64,000 bases of DNA, taken from assembly GCA_965153285.1 (NCBI GenBank), contig OZ229125.1. The stretch is one strand, 5' to 3'. The translations under genes were made by a program, and so were the position numbers. Shown piece by piece: positions 1-11,030 of this stretch (positions are counted from its first letter, which is position 1; every line of letters starts with the position of its first letter). A model generated the notes under the pieces. The model searched no databases. It had not been told where the DNA came from and was given only the letters and a program-made list of their open reading frames with translations. This stretch comes from Podarcis tiliguerta (lineage: Eukaryota).

Positions 1-1090
1 GGGAGGCCCCCACGTCCTCCGTGCCTCATTGCTGAGCTTATGGCACAGCCAAAAGTGGGGACTTATTAACATCAGGTAGGGGCCCTAGCCATATCATTTT
101 AGACACCTGCTAAAAGACCTTGATTGGGGAAGCCTACCTAGACATGTCATTTTATTACAGTACTTGTTTTTAAGTTTCTTTGTCTTCTTTTAATGGTATT
201 TTAATAAATATTTAGCTCTACTTTTCTTTGTCTCTTCTGATTAAGCAGCAAATAAACTTGATTAGATAAAAACACCAAATGATTCTATGTCATACAAATA
301 CACACACCAATCAACAAATCATACAGCCACAGAAGTAAAGGGCAAGGGACTTTATAGGATTTAAAGTTCTGAGTCACTTGGTATTACATTTCACATTACT
401 GACTGATCACAGAACCTTTACTCAAAGGCTTCCAAATAAACCACTGCTTTGTCAGCTTAAATGGCATTTAAGTTTTAAAAGGCTTTTAATAACGTGTTCA
501 GGTGGGGTTAGATTTATAGGCTTTTATTTTAAAATTCAAAAAGAAGAAAAAAACATAAAAACACACAGACACACACACACAAATCAACCAGTCACAGAAG
601 GGCAATGGACACACACACACCCCATGCATCCTGGTAGACTTGCTTGGGACACCAATGTCAATGATTAGTCAGACTGTGGCGCCTTCCCAGGTGGGAATTG
701 TGTCACTGGTGCCTCTGGGCTGGGCTACAGATTCACAGCAAGTGCTGGTGCTGTTTTCCACCACCAGGTCATCACTGAAGGGTCGACTCCAAAGGGAATA
801 ACCCCCTTGATTCAGTGTTCAAAGGAGCAGCAGCATGGAAGCCCCTTTTTAGCTTGGCACCAGAAAGTAGGTGTGACACAAGTGCTTTAAGGAGGACGGC
901 AGCTATCAGTCTCCTGCCCTGTTGCAGCATCAGCGGGTGACTTCAGGAAAGTGTCGCTCTGCACATGCTCCGCACTGTGGCTTGGTTTGCCTTCTACCTG
1001 GTCACTGATACTGGCAGGCTCTGTGGGCATTTGTGGGGATGAAGGCGAGACCCCATTTCAGACACGGAGGGAGGGAGGAAAGCTGCTCAC

Positions 1091-1192
1091 CCCTTCACTG
1101 TGCTGGACCACAGTGGCGATATTCTGCAGCGACTGGAAGTTGTGAGTGTTGACGGAGCCAAACTCGACGATCTCGTCGTCAACTTGCAACCC
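1091..1192 (-). CDS. PSMD9: PSMD9 coding exon 4 (PDZ domain); later exons not found in this window
   Basis: ag|[34 protein letters not shown]|gtgagc; 102 nt. Confidence 0.96.
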
Positions 1193-1469
1193 CTTCAGAG
1201 AAAACCAAAGAACACATTATACACCCTGGTTTCCCCTTGAGAAGCCAAAGTCAGTACGCGGTACTTTAGCATTGTTCTAAGTTTGGCAGGGGACTGCTCA
1301 AACCTTAGAAATTAAAAAAGCAGCAAGATTATGATTGTTTGGGATACAAAAGGAGCAATACAAGCTGCAGACACCTGAAATCCTGTGCAGGGATTATGGC
1401 AGAGGGTGGGAGCTGGTAGCAGTGTCGTATCCCAAATGCAAATGGCTGAGTAACAGCTGGAGGGGGGCA

Positions 1470-1720
1470 ACGTGACAGTTGTAAATAAAATTATACATGG
1501 TGTGGACACTTTTCCTCCTTTTTCATCATGCCAGGATCCAGTGGGGTCATCCAATGAAGTTGGGGATGAAAGATTCATGGCAGACAAAAGGAAGGACTTC
1601 TTCACACCGCAGTGAAGAGCTAAATTACAAATAAGATGTGATAAAGTCCACCAGCTTGGATAGTTTCCAAAGCAGGTTAGACAAATTCACCGAGGAGGGT
1701 AAGGCTATCAATGGCGACTG
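1470..1720 (+). mobile_element. Degraded CR1 fragment
   Basis: Similar to the CR1 ORF2 3' end (agattcatggcagacaaaaggaaggacttcttcacac); boundaries approximate. Confidence 0.55.
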
Positions 1721-1799
1721 GCCCAAAGCAGCAGGGTTCTACTTCGCCAAGTAACAAACCCACAGAGGTCTGGACGGGTGAGAGAGATGCAATACTTGC

Positions 1800-1993
1800 C
1801 GAGAAGCTCGCTGGAGACCCCTGCGTGACGGCATTCACCCTGGCAAAAGGCTGGGGCAACACCTGACTCTGGCTCCTGGCTTCGGCTCGCGCTTCCGCCT
1901 CGTCCTTTTCGCGCTTCTCCTTCTCCCGGGCGTGGAGCTGGTGCAGAGCCTGTTCCACCTGGTGCATCAAGGCTTTGTGATCATTCTGCAAAC
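1800..1993 (-). CDS. PSMD9: PSMD9 coding exon 3 (ends at a GC donor)
   Basis: ctttcag|(C)[22 protein letters not shown]...[16 protein letters not shown]|GCAAGT; 194 nt; cumulative 420 nt gives phase 0. Confidence 0.93.
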
Positions 1994-2289
1994 CTGAAAG
2001 CAGAGGGAAGCTCCTGTAAGCCCAAGATGTATTTGAACAGAAAGATGTTCTCTTGAGTTATCATGGTTCTTTAAGCAACGCCATCCACACACATGCGCTT
2101 GGGGATGAACAGGCATGAGGAGTCCCTGGCAGGAAACGGACGGGAAGGGAGGCAATGGAAGAATAGGCAACGGATTCAAGCTGGCTTGAAATTTGTACTG
2201 AGGCTTCAGTACAATAATGTACAGTATAGGAATGAAAAGGATGAAAGGAGAAATGGCAGAGCGATCTCAGGACATGGTCTACAAACAAC

Positions 2290-2585
2290 AATAATCACAG
2301 AATTGTTGAGCTTTAAGGGACTCAAAGGGTCCATATAGTCCAGCATCCTGAAATGCGAGAATCACAGCTAAAGACCCTCCGGCAGAAGGCCACCAACCTT
2401 TGCTTCAAAACCACCACTGGTGGCTGGCCAACCACGTTCCAAGGGAGTCCATTCCACTGCTGAACAGCTTTCACCACCAAGAAAGTTATTCCTAATGATT
2501 ACTTAGAATTTCATTTCTTGTAATTTGAATCCATTGGTTTGGTCCTGCCCTCTGCAGCAGCAGAAAACAAGCTTGCACACTCCAT
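2290..2585 (-). mobile_element. Older CR1 3' fragment
   Basis: Diverged match to the 5245-5812 element (ccactgctgaacagct...cagcagaaaacaagctt); boundaries approximate. Confidence 0.7.
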
Positions 2586-2590
2586 ATAAA

Positions 2591-2592
2591 TG

Positions 2593-2633
<41 letters not shown>
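2591..2633. repeat. (AAT)n microsatellite
   Basis: Direct reading; similar (AAT/TTA)n tracts near 4808-4848, 31941-31988, 47904-47946 and 57095-57123. Confidence 0.95.
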
Positions 2634-2634
<1 letters not shown>

Positions 2635-3894
2635 TCTCTAAGCCACCAATAAACCTATAAAACCCTGCTGCTTAGAGATTTTTTTTTGGTACACAGTGAT
2701 GAATAAACCTGATAAAATATTAATCATTTGTTATATATGATAACAAAATAATATTTAACTCAAAAAATGGGAACAAAATTACTTGAACTATACATCTGAT
2801 CAGAGCACAGCTGGATTCTCCTAAGATAGGAAGCCAAATTTGATCTGGGTCCATCTGGCTCAGTATTGTCTACACTGACTGGCAGCAGCTCTCCAGGGAA
2901 TCTTTCCTGGTCACAGGTCCACCTGTAAATGCTGCCACAACGGGAAGCTGGGATCTTCAGCATGCAGAGCAGATACTCTCCCATGGAGCCATGGTCTTTC
3001 CTTCAAGGTTATGCAAATGTTCACATGCTTCCCAAATTCATGTGATTTATTTTATTGCATTAATCATGTGGAAGGACAAAGACCTGGGCCACGTGCGGGT
3101 GCCCCAGCCTCCCATTGCCAAGCCTTCAAAACCCCTTTCCCTGTGGCTTTGAGGATATTGCCCGCACCGCTTTGAATCCTATCTTCACAGCAGCGTTAGA
3201 AATTAGCCAGGTGCCAGGCGCGTTTTACTACTGCTGGGGCTCCAATAGTGACCCTGTGGAGATCTCTGGGTGCCAGGTTGGCAACTGGCATTTCCAACGG
3301 CCTGGCCCCTCCAGCTTTCTTAAGCAGAACAGCTGATTTATTGCATTTATATCTCACCTTTTTCTCCAAGGAGTACATGGTTCACCCCCTATTAAGCAGG
3401 TAAATAAACATGGGGAGAGCAAAATCTCAACTAGAGAAGGATATGAAATTTTTCCCTTGAAACTTGATTTTGTTTTATTCTGGATTATTTGATGTTTTAA
3501 TGTGTTGTAAACTGCTGTGATTTTTTCCCCTTTAAAATATCAAGCAGTATAGAAATTAAATTAACAACAATAGAAATAAATGGCATCATTAAAAGAGGCG
3601 CCTAGACAATTAGTTATGGTAACCGTAACCCAAGTGCCGTTTGGCAATTAGCTTATATATCTGAGTTTCTAACACGGCTTCATAGTGACTGGGACTAGGT
3701 TATTTCTTCTTATTTCAAGCAATGAAAAGTGGATTATTTATTTATTTCATAAAACTTATATATCACTTGACTGTAAAAAAAAACAACAACCTTTACACAT
3801 TAGATGCTCTACACATTAGACCTTATCTGCACTTGTACCAGAATTACAGCATTATCCACAGGTTGCTGATCCTAGGCTTCTTTTTAGAGAACCC

Positions 3895-4285
3895 CAGGGC
3901 TGGGCGACATATCGTCCAAAACCAGTTTGAAGTCCATACCATGATATCGGTTTCCTAATTTGTGACCTGGCAATATATCATGAATCATTCTCTCTGTGTG
4001 TATGTGCTATGCAAAAATCAAAATTTTGGGGGAAACTGTGAAGCCAGCCAATGCTCCTCTCGTTTCTGCACCTGCGGTTAACTCTTGCCAGCTCTGCTCT
4101 TCCCTGCTTCATGCAGGGGGCAGCAAAACAGAAGAGCAGGTGCCAGCAAAAATCATGATACGGGGAAAAACATGAACCAACTGAGGCCTCTGCATAGCTC
4201 CATCCTTATTTCAGACACTGTGATATATCGGTATATTAACTGGGGATATAGCAGAATGCTGAAAACCAGATATTGTCCAGCCATA
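3895..4285. mobile_element. hAT-like non-autonomous element
   Basis: Ends CAGGGCTGGGCGACATATC ... GATATTGTCCAGCCATA form imperfect TIRs; related copy near 52291-52453. Confidence 0.6.
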
Positions 4286-4503
4286 TAGAACATCCCACCC
4301 CATTAAAGTAATATCTTCCTTTCAGGTTGGTGGGCAAGCCAATCTAAGCCCCTCTGAACTCATGTGTTGTGGCTGCAATCCCATGCACAGAATGCTACCT
4401 GAGAGTAAGCCCCACTGAAAACAGTGCAGCTGACTACCAAGTAAGCATACCCAAGTAAACGTACCCAGGCTGCAAATCAATTAAATTGTGGACTGTTGCT
4501 TAC

Positions 4504-4606
4504 AGATGATGTTGTGCCTTGCCGTCCGGACTTGATAGACATCCACATCAGCACGTGGATAGCCTTCAACATCCACAAGTGGTTCGTTCATCCCGACACC
4601 TTTTTG
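4504..4606 (-). CDS. PSMD9: PSMD9 coding exon 2
   Basis: ag|[34 protein letters not shown]|gtaagc; 103 nt; Nas2/PSMD9 N-domain motif LVDxEGYPRxD. Confidence 0.97.
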
Positions 4607-4806
4607 CTGCAGCATAAAAAGAAAAAACACAATTACCCCTTTGAGACCTTTTCCTGAATAGGGCAGATAATGTATTAGCTTAAAATCCTCTTTCCTTTAC
4701 AGTACAATCCTACACGTGTCTACTCAGAAGTAAGCTCTATTGAGTTCAATGAGACTTCCAGATAGGTATAGCATTGCTATTAACAGAGATCTTAGTTTGA
4801 AAGTTG

Positions 4807-4851
<45 letters not shown>

Positions 4852-5244
4852 CATACTGCCTTTTATCCGTAGGCCTCAGGGTAGTACACAAGATTAAAAT
4901 ACCAGATCAAAACACATAATAAAAACAAGAGGTGACCACGGTAGCATTAAAAGACACCAAGCGCTGCAACCGCTGCAATGTTACAGGTACCCTCAAAGGA
5001 TCATCGGGTTGGAAGGGACCCCGAGGGTCATCCAGCCCAACCCCCGGCAACGCAGTAGTGAAACACAACGGCGTGCAGAGGGCAGGGCGGCAAACTCACC
5101 AGGGCAATGAGGGCGAGTCCACGACGTCGCAGCAGCTCCCCGGGTTGCCCTAGGATCGCGGGGCGGCTGCTGCTGCTGCTGCCGAGACCCCGGGGCGGAG
5201 CAGGCAGTCGAGCGAGGCCCCAACCCACCCGGCCCGGGAGGTAA

Positions 5245-5812
5245 AATCATAGAATTGGAAGAGACCACAAGGGCCATCGAGTCCAACCCCCTGCCAAGCA
5301 GGAAACACCATCAGAGCACTCCTGACATATGGTTGTCAAGCCTCTGCTTAAAGACCTCCAAAGAAGGAGACTCCACCACACTCCCTGGCAGCAAATTCCA
5401 CTGTCGAACAGCTCTTACTGTCAGGAAGTTCTTCCTAATGTTTAGGTGGAATCTTCTTTCTTGTAGTTTGGATCCACTGCTCCGTGTCCGCTTCTCTGGA
5501 GCAGCAGAAAACAACCTTTCTCCCTCCTCTATGTGACATCCTTTTATATATTTGAACATGGCTATCATATCACCCCTTAACCTCCTCTTCTCCAGGCTAA
5601 ACATGCCCAGCTCCCTTAGCCGTTCCTCATAAGGCATCGTTTCCAGGCCTTTGACCATTTTGGTTGCCCTCCTCTGGACACGTTCCAGTTTGTCAGTGTC
5701 CTTCTTGAACTGTGGTGCCCAGAACTGGACACAGTACTCCAGGTGAGGTCTGACCAGAGCAGAATAAAAGTGGCACTATTACTTCCCTTGATCTAGATGC
5801 TATACTCCTATT
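5245..5812 (-). mobile_element. Young 5'-truncated CR1 LINE (ORF2 C-terminus and 3' UTR)
   Basis: ORF 5311-5658 [32 protein letters not shown]...WNLLP...FKQRLD is the typical CR1 ORF2 end; TTCTATGAT tail. Confidence 0.93.
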
Positions 5813-5822
5813 TGCTACTCAC

Positions 5823-5945
5823 GTCCTCCAGGACTCCGTAATAGGCTCGGATCTGGGCCTCCAGCTCGTCTTTCTTCCGCAGCAGCAGCTGCACGTCGCT
5901 GACGGAGATGCCCTTGGGCTCCGGAGCCTCGTCCTGCGCCGACAT
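5823..5945 (-). CDS. PSMD9: PSMD9 (26S proteasome assembly chaperone p27) coding exon 1
   Basis: ATG at 5945; MSAQDEAPEPKGISVSDVQLLLRKKDELEAQIRAYYGVLED then donor GTGAGT; 123 nt, phase 0; inside a CpG island. Confidence 0.95.
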
Positions 5946-5949
5946 CCCG

Positions 5950-6330
5950 GCAGGAGGGAGAAGCGCGGCTCCGTCAACGAGGCCCGGCGAGGGACGCGAC
6001 AGCAGCCCCGGGGCGACGGAGGAGCCAAAACAGCCGCGTCACGGCCGGGCTGCTGGGCGGGGCCTCCTGCAGGAAGAGGCGGGGTTTGCGCGTGACGGCG
6101 AGAGGCGGTTCACACGTGACGACCGCAGCGTCCGGGCGGGGAAGGCTCTGTGCACGTGTGAAGAGGGCCCGGGAAGGCGGGTGCGTCCTGCGCAAGGGCT
6201 TTCCCGCCTCCTGCACCCCCCCCATATGCGGAAGTGAGGTTGCTCTATATAGACACGTGTCATGCGCCGGCGAACCAGGAGGTCCCGGGCCTGGGGGGGC
6301 GGGTGTTGCTGTCCTCTGCCCGTCATCAAG
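5950..6330. promoter_or_regulatory. CpG-island promoter of PSMD9, possibly bidirectional
   Basis: CpG-rich; GC boxes GGGCGGG near 6055 and 6133; CACGTG E-boxes at 6113, 6153 and 6254; ETS-like CGGAAGTG near 6229; ARE-core-like GTGACGCGGC on the minus strand at 6033-6042. Confidence 0.75.
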
Positions 6331-6750
6331 GAGTTCGCAAACTCTTCTCTCTGGACCACACTTTCAAAATAAAGATTTGCTCTCGCCACACCAAATTCTT
6401 TATTGATAAGAAATACATTGAGAAAAAAAAACTGTTGGCAGTGATTGATCTACATAATATGGAACACAACTACTTTATAATATGATCATGGGACATTCAC
6501 ATGAGTGTAGCCAGGATTTATGGGGTTTGGGGGGGGCAGAACCTCAGTTAAGTTTTTGTATTTATTTACTTGATTGAATGGGAGGCAGCTGCCTGCCTGC
6601 CCCTCTTTGGCTACACCCATGGACATCCAGAAAGTATAAAACAATGCCCTTAAATAAGTACATGAATCATCCCCAAAATATAATTATAAACGAGCCTCTT
6701 AACTATGTATACAAATTCAAAGAGAGGTGTGAGCTTGCTTTTGCCAGGTA

Positions 6751-6952
6751 CAGTGGTACCTTGGGTTACATACGCTTCAGATTACAGACTCTGCTAACCG
6801 AGAAATATTATCTCGAGTTAAGAACTTTGCTTCAGGATGAGAACAGAAATTGTGCTCCAGCAGCGCAGCGGCAGCAGGAGGCTCCATTAGCTAAAGTGGT
6901 GCTTCAGGTTAAGAACAGTTTCAGGTTAAGAACAGACCTCCAGAACGAATTA
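6751..6952. mobile_element. Truncated Tigger/pogo-like MITE
   Basis: TA|CAGTGGTACCT terminus with GGTTAAGAAC repeats; right end missing; explains the spurious ORF 6578-7114. Confidence 0.65.
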
Positions 6953-7423
6953 AGATCTACGCTCCCAACGGAAACCGCTGCTCTAACGGGAAGCCCCAAA
7001 GGAAGAGCTGAGCGCAAGAGCCCTTGTCCCTCTTGTCAGCCCCAGCAGGTGCCATTCAGAGGCACCTGCTGCCTTCAGCCAGGTAACATAGCCATTGGGA
7101 CTGGAAGCCATTGACAGCCTTTTGCTCCAGGAATTCATATTTTTTTTAATTTTAATATATTTTTACTGATTTCCAAGGTACAAATACAAATATGAAAAAA
7201 GGGGTGGTTGTGTGACTCATCTATACAGATAGCGCAGAGGAAGTTAGCCATGTTGACCAGTAAGGAAAGTTCCCAAATCCACATTTATTATGCTAATCAA
7301 AATGTGAAAAAAAAGTGCAAGCTTTCAAGTTCTCCAGAGCTCTTCATCATGCAAAAATATAAGCAAGCTTCACCATAAACCAACTCCTCTCCTCCCTGCC
7401 ATTGCTCTGGTTACCATCTATAA

Positions 7424-7650
7424 CATGGGTAGGCAAACTAAGGCCCAGGGACCGGATCTGGCCCAATTGCCTTCCAAATCAGCATGTTTTTACATGAGTA
7501 GAATGTGTCCTTTTATTTAAAATGCATCTCTGGGTTATTTGTGGGGCCTAGGAATTCGTTCACTTTTTCCCTTCAAAATATAGTCCAGCCCACCACAAGG
7601 TCTGAGGGACAGTAGACTGGCCCCCTGCTGAAAAAGTTTGCTGACCCCTG
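7424..7650. mobile_element. hAT (Charlie-like) MITE with perfect 8-bp TSD
   Basis: TSD ATCTATAA at 7416-7423 and 7651-7658; TIRs CATGGGTAGGCAAACT / AGTTTGCTGACCCCTG. Confidence 0.9.
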
Positions 7651-8344
7651 ATCTATAACAATAAAACAATGGACAGGGTGGTGATACAATGACTACTGCA
7701 ATTGGCACAAGATAATATCACCAAGGCAACTATTTATAAACAAGATAGAGGACAGATATACCCCTGCTTTAAGTTGTTTGCATACTCACTGTCTTCCCTT
7801 GTATATTGTTTACTACAAAGCTGGTAAATAATGGTACTAAGAGCCATCACAAAATTGGTGAATTAATTGAAAGGTAAAAAATTGCTTAGAAACATAAAGA
7901 GTAGCTTCCTATTTAAAAGGTCAGTCTATTGACGCTTATATAGTGGGACCTTGGTTTAAGAACAGCTTTGTTTATGAACAACTTGGATTAAGAACGCTGC
8001 AAACCCGGAAGTACGTGTTTTGGTTTGTGAACTTTGCCTTTCAAGTGAAATCATTCTCTGCACACTCAAACGCAGTTCAAACACATTCAAAGGTTTTAAT
8101 AAAAAGTAATCTTTATTAAAAAGTTTTCCAGATGAAATACGTTGTTTCCAAGAGATTTGCATGGGGAAATCTTTTCGATTCCTCAAGAATAAGGGGCAGT
8201 GGGGTGAGGGATGCCAGGGCCACATCCACACCATTTCATGTGCTATGAAGCCGCTTGAAACACTCATGGCTTCTTCCCCCAAAGAATCTGGGAGCTATAG
8301 TTTGAAAAGGGTGCAGAGAGTTGTTAGGAGACCCCCTGTTCCGC

Positions 8345-8640
8345 TACAAGAGCTACAAATCCCAGAGTTCCCTGTCGCTAACCCTTAACCTTTAACTAGA
8401 GCTACAATTCTCAGAGTTCCCTGGCAAGAAGGGAATCCTAACCCTACACATTAACCCTTAACCCGAGCTACATTTCCCAAAGTTCCCTGAAAAGAAGGGA
8501 ACCCTACCCCTACCCCATAACTCTTAACTAGAGCTACAATTCCCAGAGTTCCCTGACAAGAAGGGAACCCTAACCCTAACCCTACCCCACCCCAACTCAA
8601 CCCTACCCCTACCCTACTCCTAACCCTAAGCCTAACCCGC
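8345..8640. repeat. Four 50-70 bp tandem units interleaved with degenerate (CCCTAA)n, inside a palindromic MITE (about 8240-8720)
   Basis: Unit GAGCTACAATTCCCAGAGTTCCCTG near 8351, 8399, 8466 and 8531, each followed by AACCCT-like hexamers. Confidence 0.8.
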
Positions 8641-9944
8641 CTAACAACTCTCTGTCCCCTTAACCACCTACAGTTCCCAGAATCCCTGAGGTGAAGCCAT
8701 TCCTGTTCAAAGCGTCTTCATAGCACTTCCAATGGACGGTGCGCCTAATGTGGCCTAATGTTTCCTCCCTCATTTTCTTCTCTCTCCCCACTGCCCCATC
8801 ACTTGCAATGCAGCAGATGTCCGCCTGCAGTCTTCCTTCAAAGCTCCTTCTCTCAGGTACGGCCACGGCCTTGTCCATTGTTCGCTGCCAGTATTTCGCA
8901 TTCATTTCTCCGATGTAAATAGGGACGCCCTGCGGTTCTCTTCATGACTTTGGACTTGGGGGAAACCTCACCGGCTCCGGACATCCCTGTAAGGCAAAGG
9001 CAAACAGGTGAGTGGGATGGCCCCTATCCAACAGCGTCCCCCCAGACTCCTCCTCTGTTTGGCTGCCTGTTCACAAACAAGGCTTCCAAACCACTTTGCA
9101 TCCATCTCAGCCAGCGTAGCCTCACGGCATCCACTAGTCTGAACGCAAACTCTTCCAACAACCAGCCACCAGCTGCAGTCTCGCCAGGTCCATTGCCAGA
9201 CATCAACCAGCTTCAGAGCTGAATATCCGTCACCTTCAGGTAGCGATCCCACCAGCAAGTCAACTTTGTGCTTGCCTTCTCCTTGCTTCACAGCATCCCA
9301 GCACCAGGCGATTGCCTCCTTCCACTTGTCAGCTTGCTGCCACGGGGCAGAAGACCACCAGGGCTGAGTGCCACCGAGCTGCCCATTTCTCTTTGGGGAG
9401 GGCAACTGCCGAGGCTTGTGCCTTGGCCCACATTTATGTTTTTGTGGCATCACAGTCAACCCACAGACAATGGCAGCAGCTGGGGAGGCATCACCATCAC
9501 ACCCTCAGCCCTCACAATGGGGGGGGGGGTGCAGGTCAGCAGCCAAAACACCCTCCCCCAAGTTGTGTCTATATCTGCGAAGGCCACACCGGGCACCCAA
9601 GGGGGCAAGAGGGGGACATTATTGAGCCCAGGGGCTGCATTTCCCTCCACATAACACTAGTCAAATGCACAAATGAACAGAGCAATGAAAGCAAGCCTTA
9701 TCTTTGCTGTTCAAGGAATGGCATGCAGAGAGAAAGTTAGCATCTCAGTTAAAAAGTACTTTTTCACCAATCAGTCAGTCAATCAATCATTTATTGTATT
9801 TGAGTAAAAGTCATTACAGATCCAGTTACAAAAGCATCAAACCCAAAGACCCAAACTCTAGCTCCCAGATTCATTTGCTCTTCAGATATCTGGATGCTCC
9901 TTTTTTCAGCTTGTCATAGTCTGCATTCACCACACAGAACTGAA

Positions 9945-10040
9945 AGAGGGCAGCATGGTTAAGCGTTGGATCTCCAGCTTGGACTACTACCATGCGCTCT
10001 ACGTGGGGCTGCCATTGAAGGTGACTTGGAAGTGGCAGGA
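9945..10040 (+). mobile_element. Short L2-clade LINE fragment in the pseudogene intron
   Basis: Encodes SSLDYYHALYVGLPLKVT, matching SRLDYCNVLYVGLPLKVT in the L2 at 31.4 kb. Confidence 0.7.
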
Positions 10041-10702
10041 AAGGATCTCTAATCATTCAACTTTATTGGGCTTAAAAGCAATTTTGTCAATGGCAGAAAC
10101 TCAGGGATCTATCCTGCTTATTCGGCCAGAGTTTAGAAGATTGAACTGGAGAGGAGAATGAAGAATCATAGAAGGAACCCAAGGGTCATCCAGTCCAACC
10201 CCAAATGCTGTGATCACACACACCAGGCCTTCCAAAGCTGAAGCTTATTATTCCTCCCACCAAATGGCCATTATTATTATTATTATTATTAGCCCATCTT
10301 CCATAGATTTCAGGGATGGGGCTGATGGGAGTTGGAGTCCCAACAATCTCTGCTGGACACCAGGCTCCCCATCCCTGGCCTATAAGATAACCAGCATCAT
10401 AACCCTAGTCAAGTATTTCCTGCCATACCTTGTACTGGTCGTTGGGTCACAGCTTGTTCCAAGGCTCTGGGTTGCTCTTTTTGTCCCAGCCAGGCAGAGA
10501 AACGTGACAAGAGGCAGACAGCAAGGAGTACATCTTTGGAAGAAGAAGAAAAACATACAGCATAAAGCGTAACGCTCTGCCCAACCGTTGGCACATGGTT
10601 CCCACCAAATTTAACAATCATGGCCTCCTCAGTGCCACCAGAAGAGCACTCTTCTTTTATAATGTGGGATGTAAGAAAAGGCCACCGTACCCCAAGTATT
10701 TG

Positions 10703-11030
10703 TAACCACAGAGCCTAGGGCTTGCCGATCGGAAGGTCGGCGGTTCGAATCCCTGCAATGGGGTGAGCTCCCGTTGCTCGGTCCCTGCTCCTGCCAACCT
10801 AGCAGTTCAAAAGCACATCAAAGTGCAAGTAGATAAATAGGTACCGCTCCGACGGGAAGGTAAACAGCGTTTCCGTGCGCTGCTCTGGTTCTCCAGAAGC
10901 AGCTTAGTCATGCTGGCCACATGACCCGGAAGCTGTACGCCGGCTCCCTCGGCCAATAAAGTGAGATGAGCGCTGCAACCCCAGAGTCGGTCACGACTGG
11001 ACCTAACGGTCAGGGGTCCCTTTACCTTTA
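10703..11030 (+). mobile_element. Sauria SINE, 5'-truncated
   Basis: B-box GGTTCGAATCC, AAAGTGCAAGTAGATAAATAGG core, (ACCTTT)n tail. Confidence 0.9.

Noticed and set aside
6578-7114. 178-aa ORF near the PSMD9 promoter
   Set aside because: Runs through a Tigger-like MITE and other repeat scraps; no recognisable protein
8345-8640. Repeat-spacer pattern resembling a CRISPR array
   Set aside because: Eukaryotic DNA; spacers are low-complexity, related to each other and uneven in length
8968-9459. 163-aa Trp-rich minus-strand ORF, and the 81-aa ORF at 8660-8905
   Set aside because: No recognisable motif or consistent exon structure; overlapping ORFs in many frames fit GC-rich chance ORFs
10447-10449. 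In-frame TGA read as selenocysteine or readthrough
   Set aside because: The position is Gly/Ser in homologs, no SECIS was recognised, and the acceptor loss and frameshift point to pseudogenisation
10490-10560. Upstream AG and in-frame ATG near 10532 as a rescue of pseudogene exon 3
   Set aside because: Still hits the TGA at 10449 and lacks the transmembrane exon
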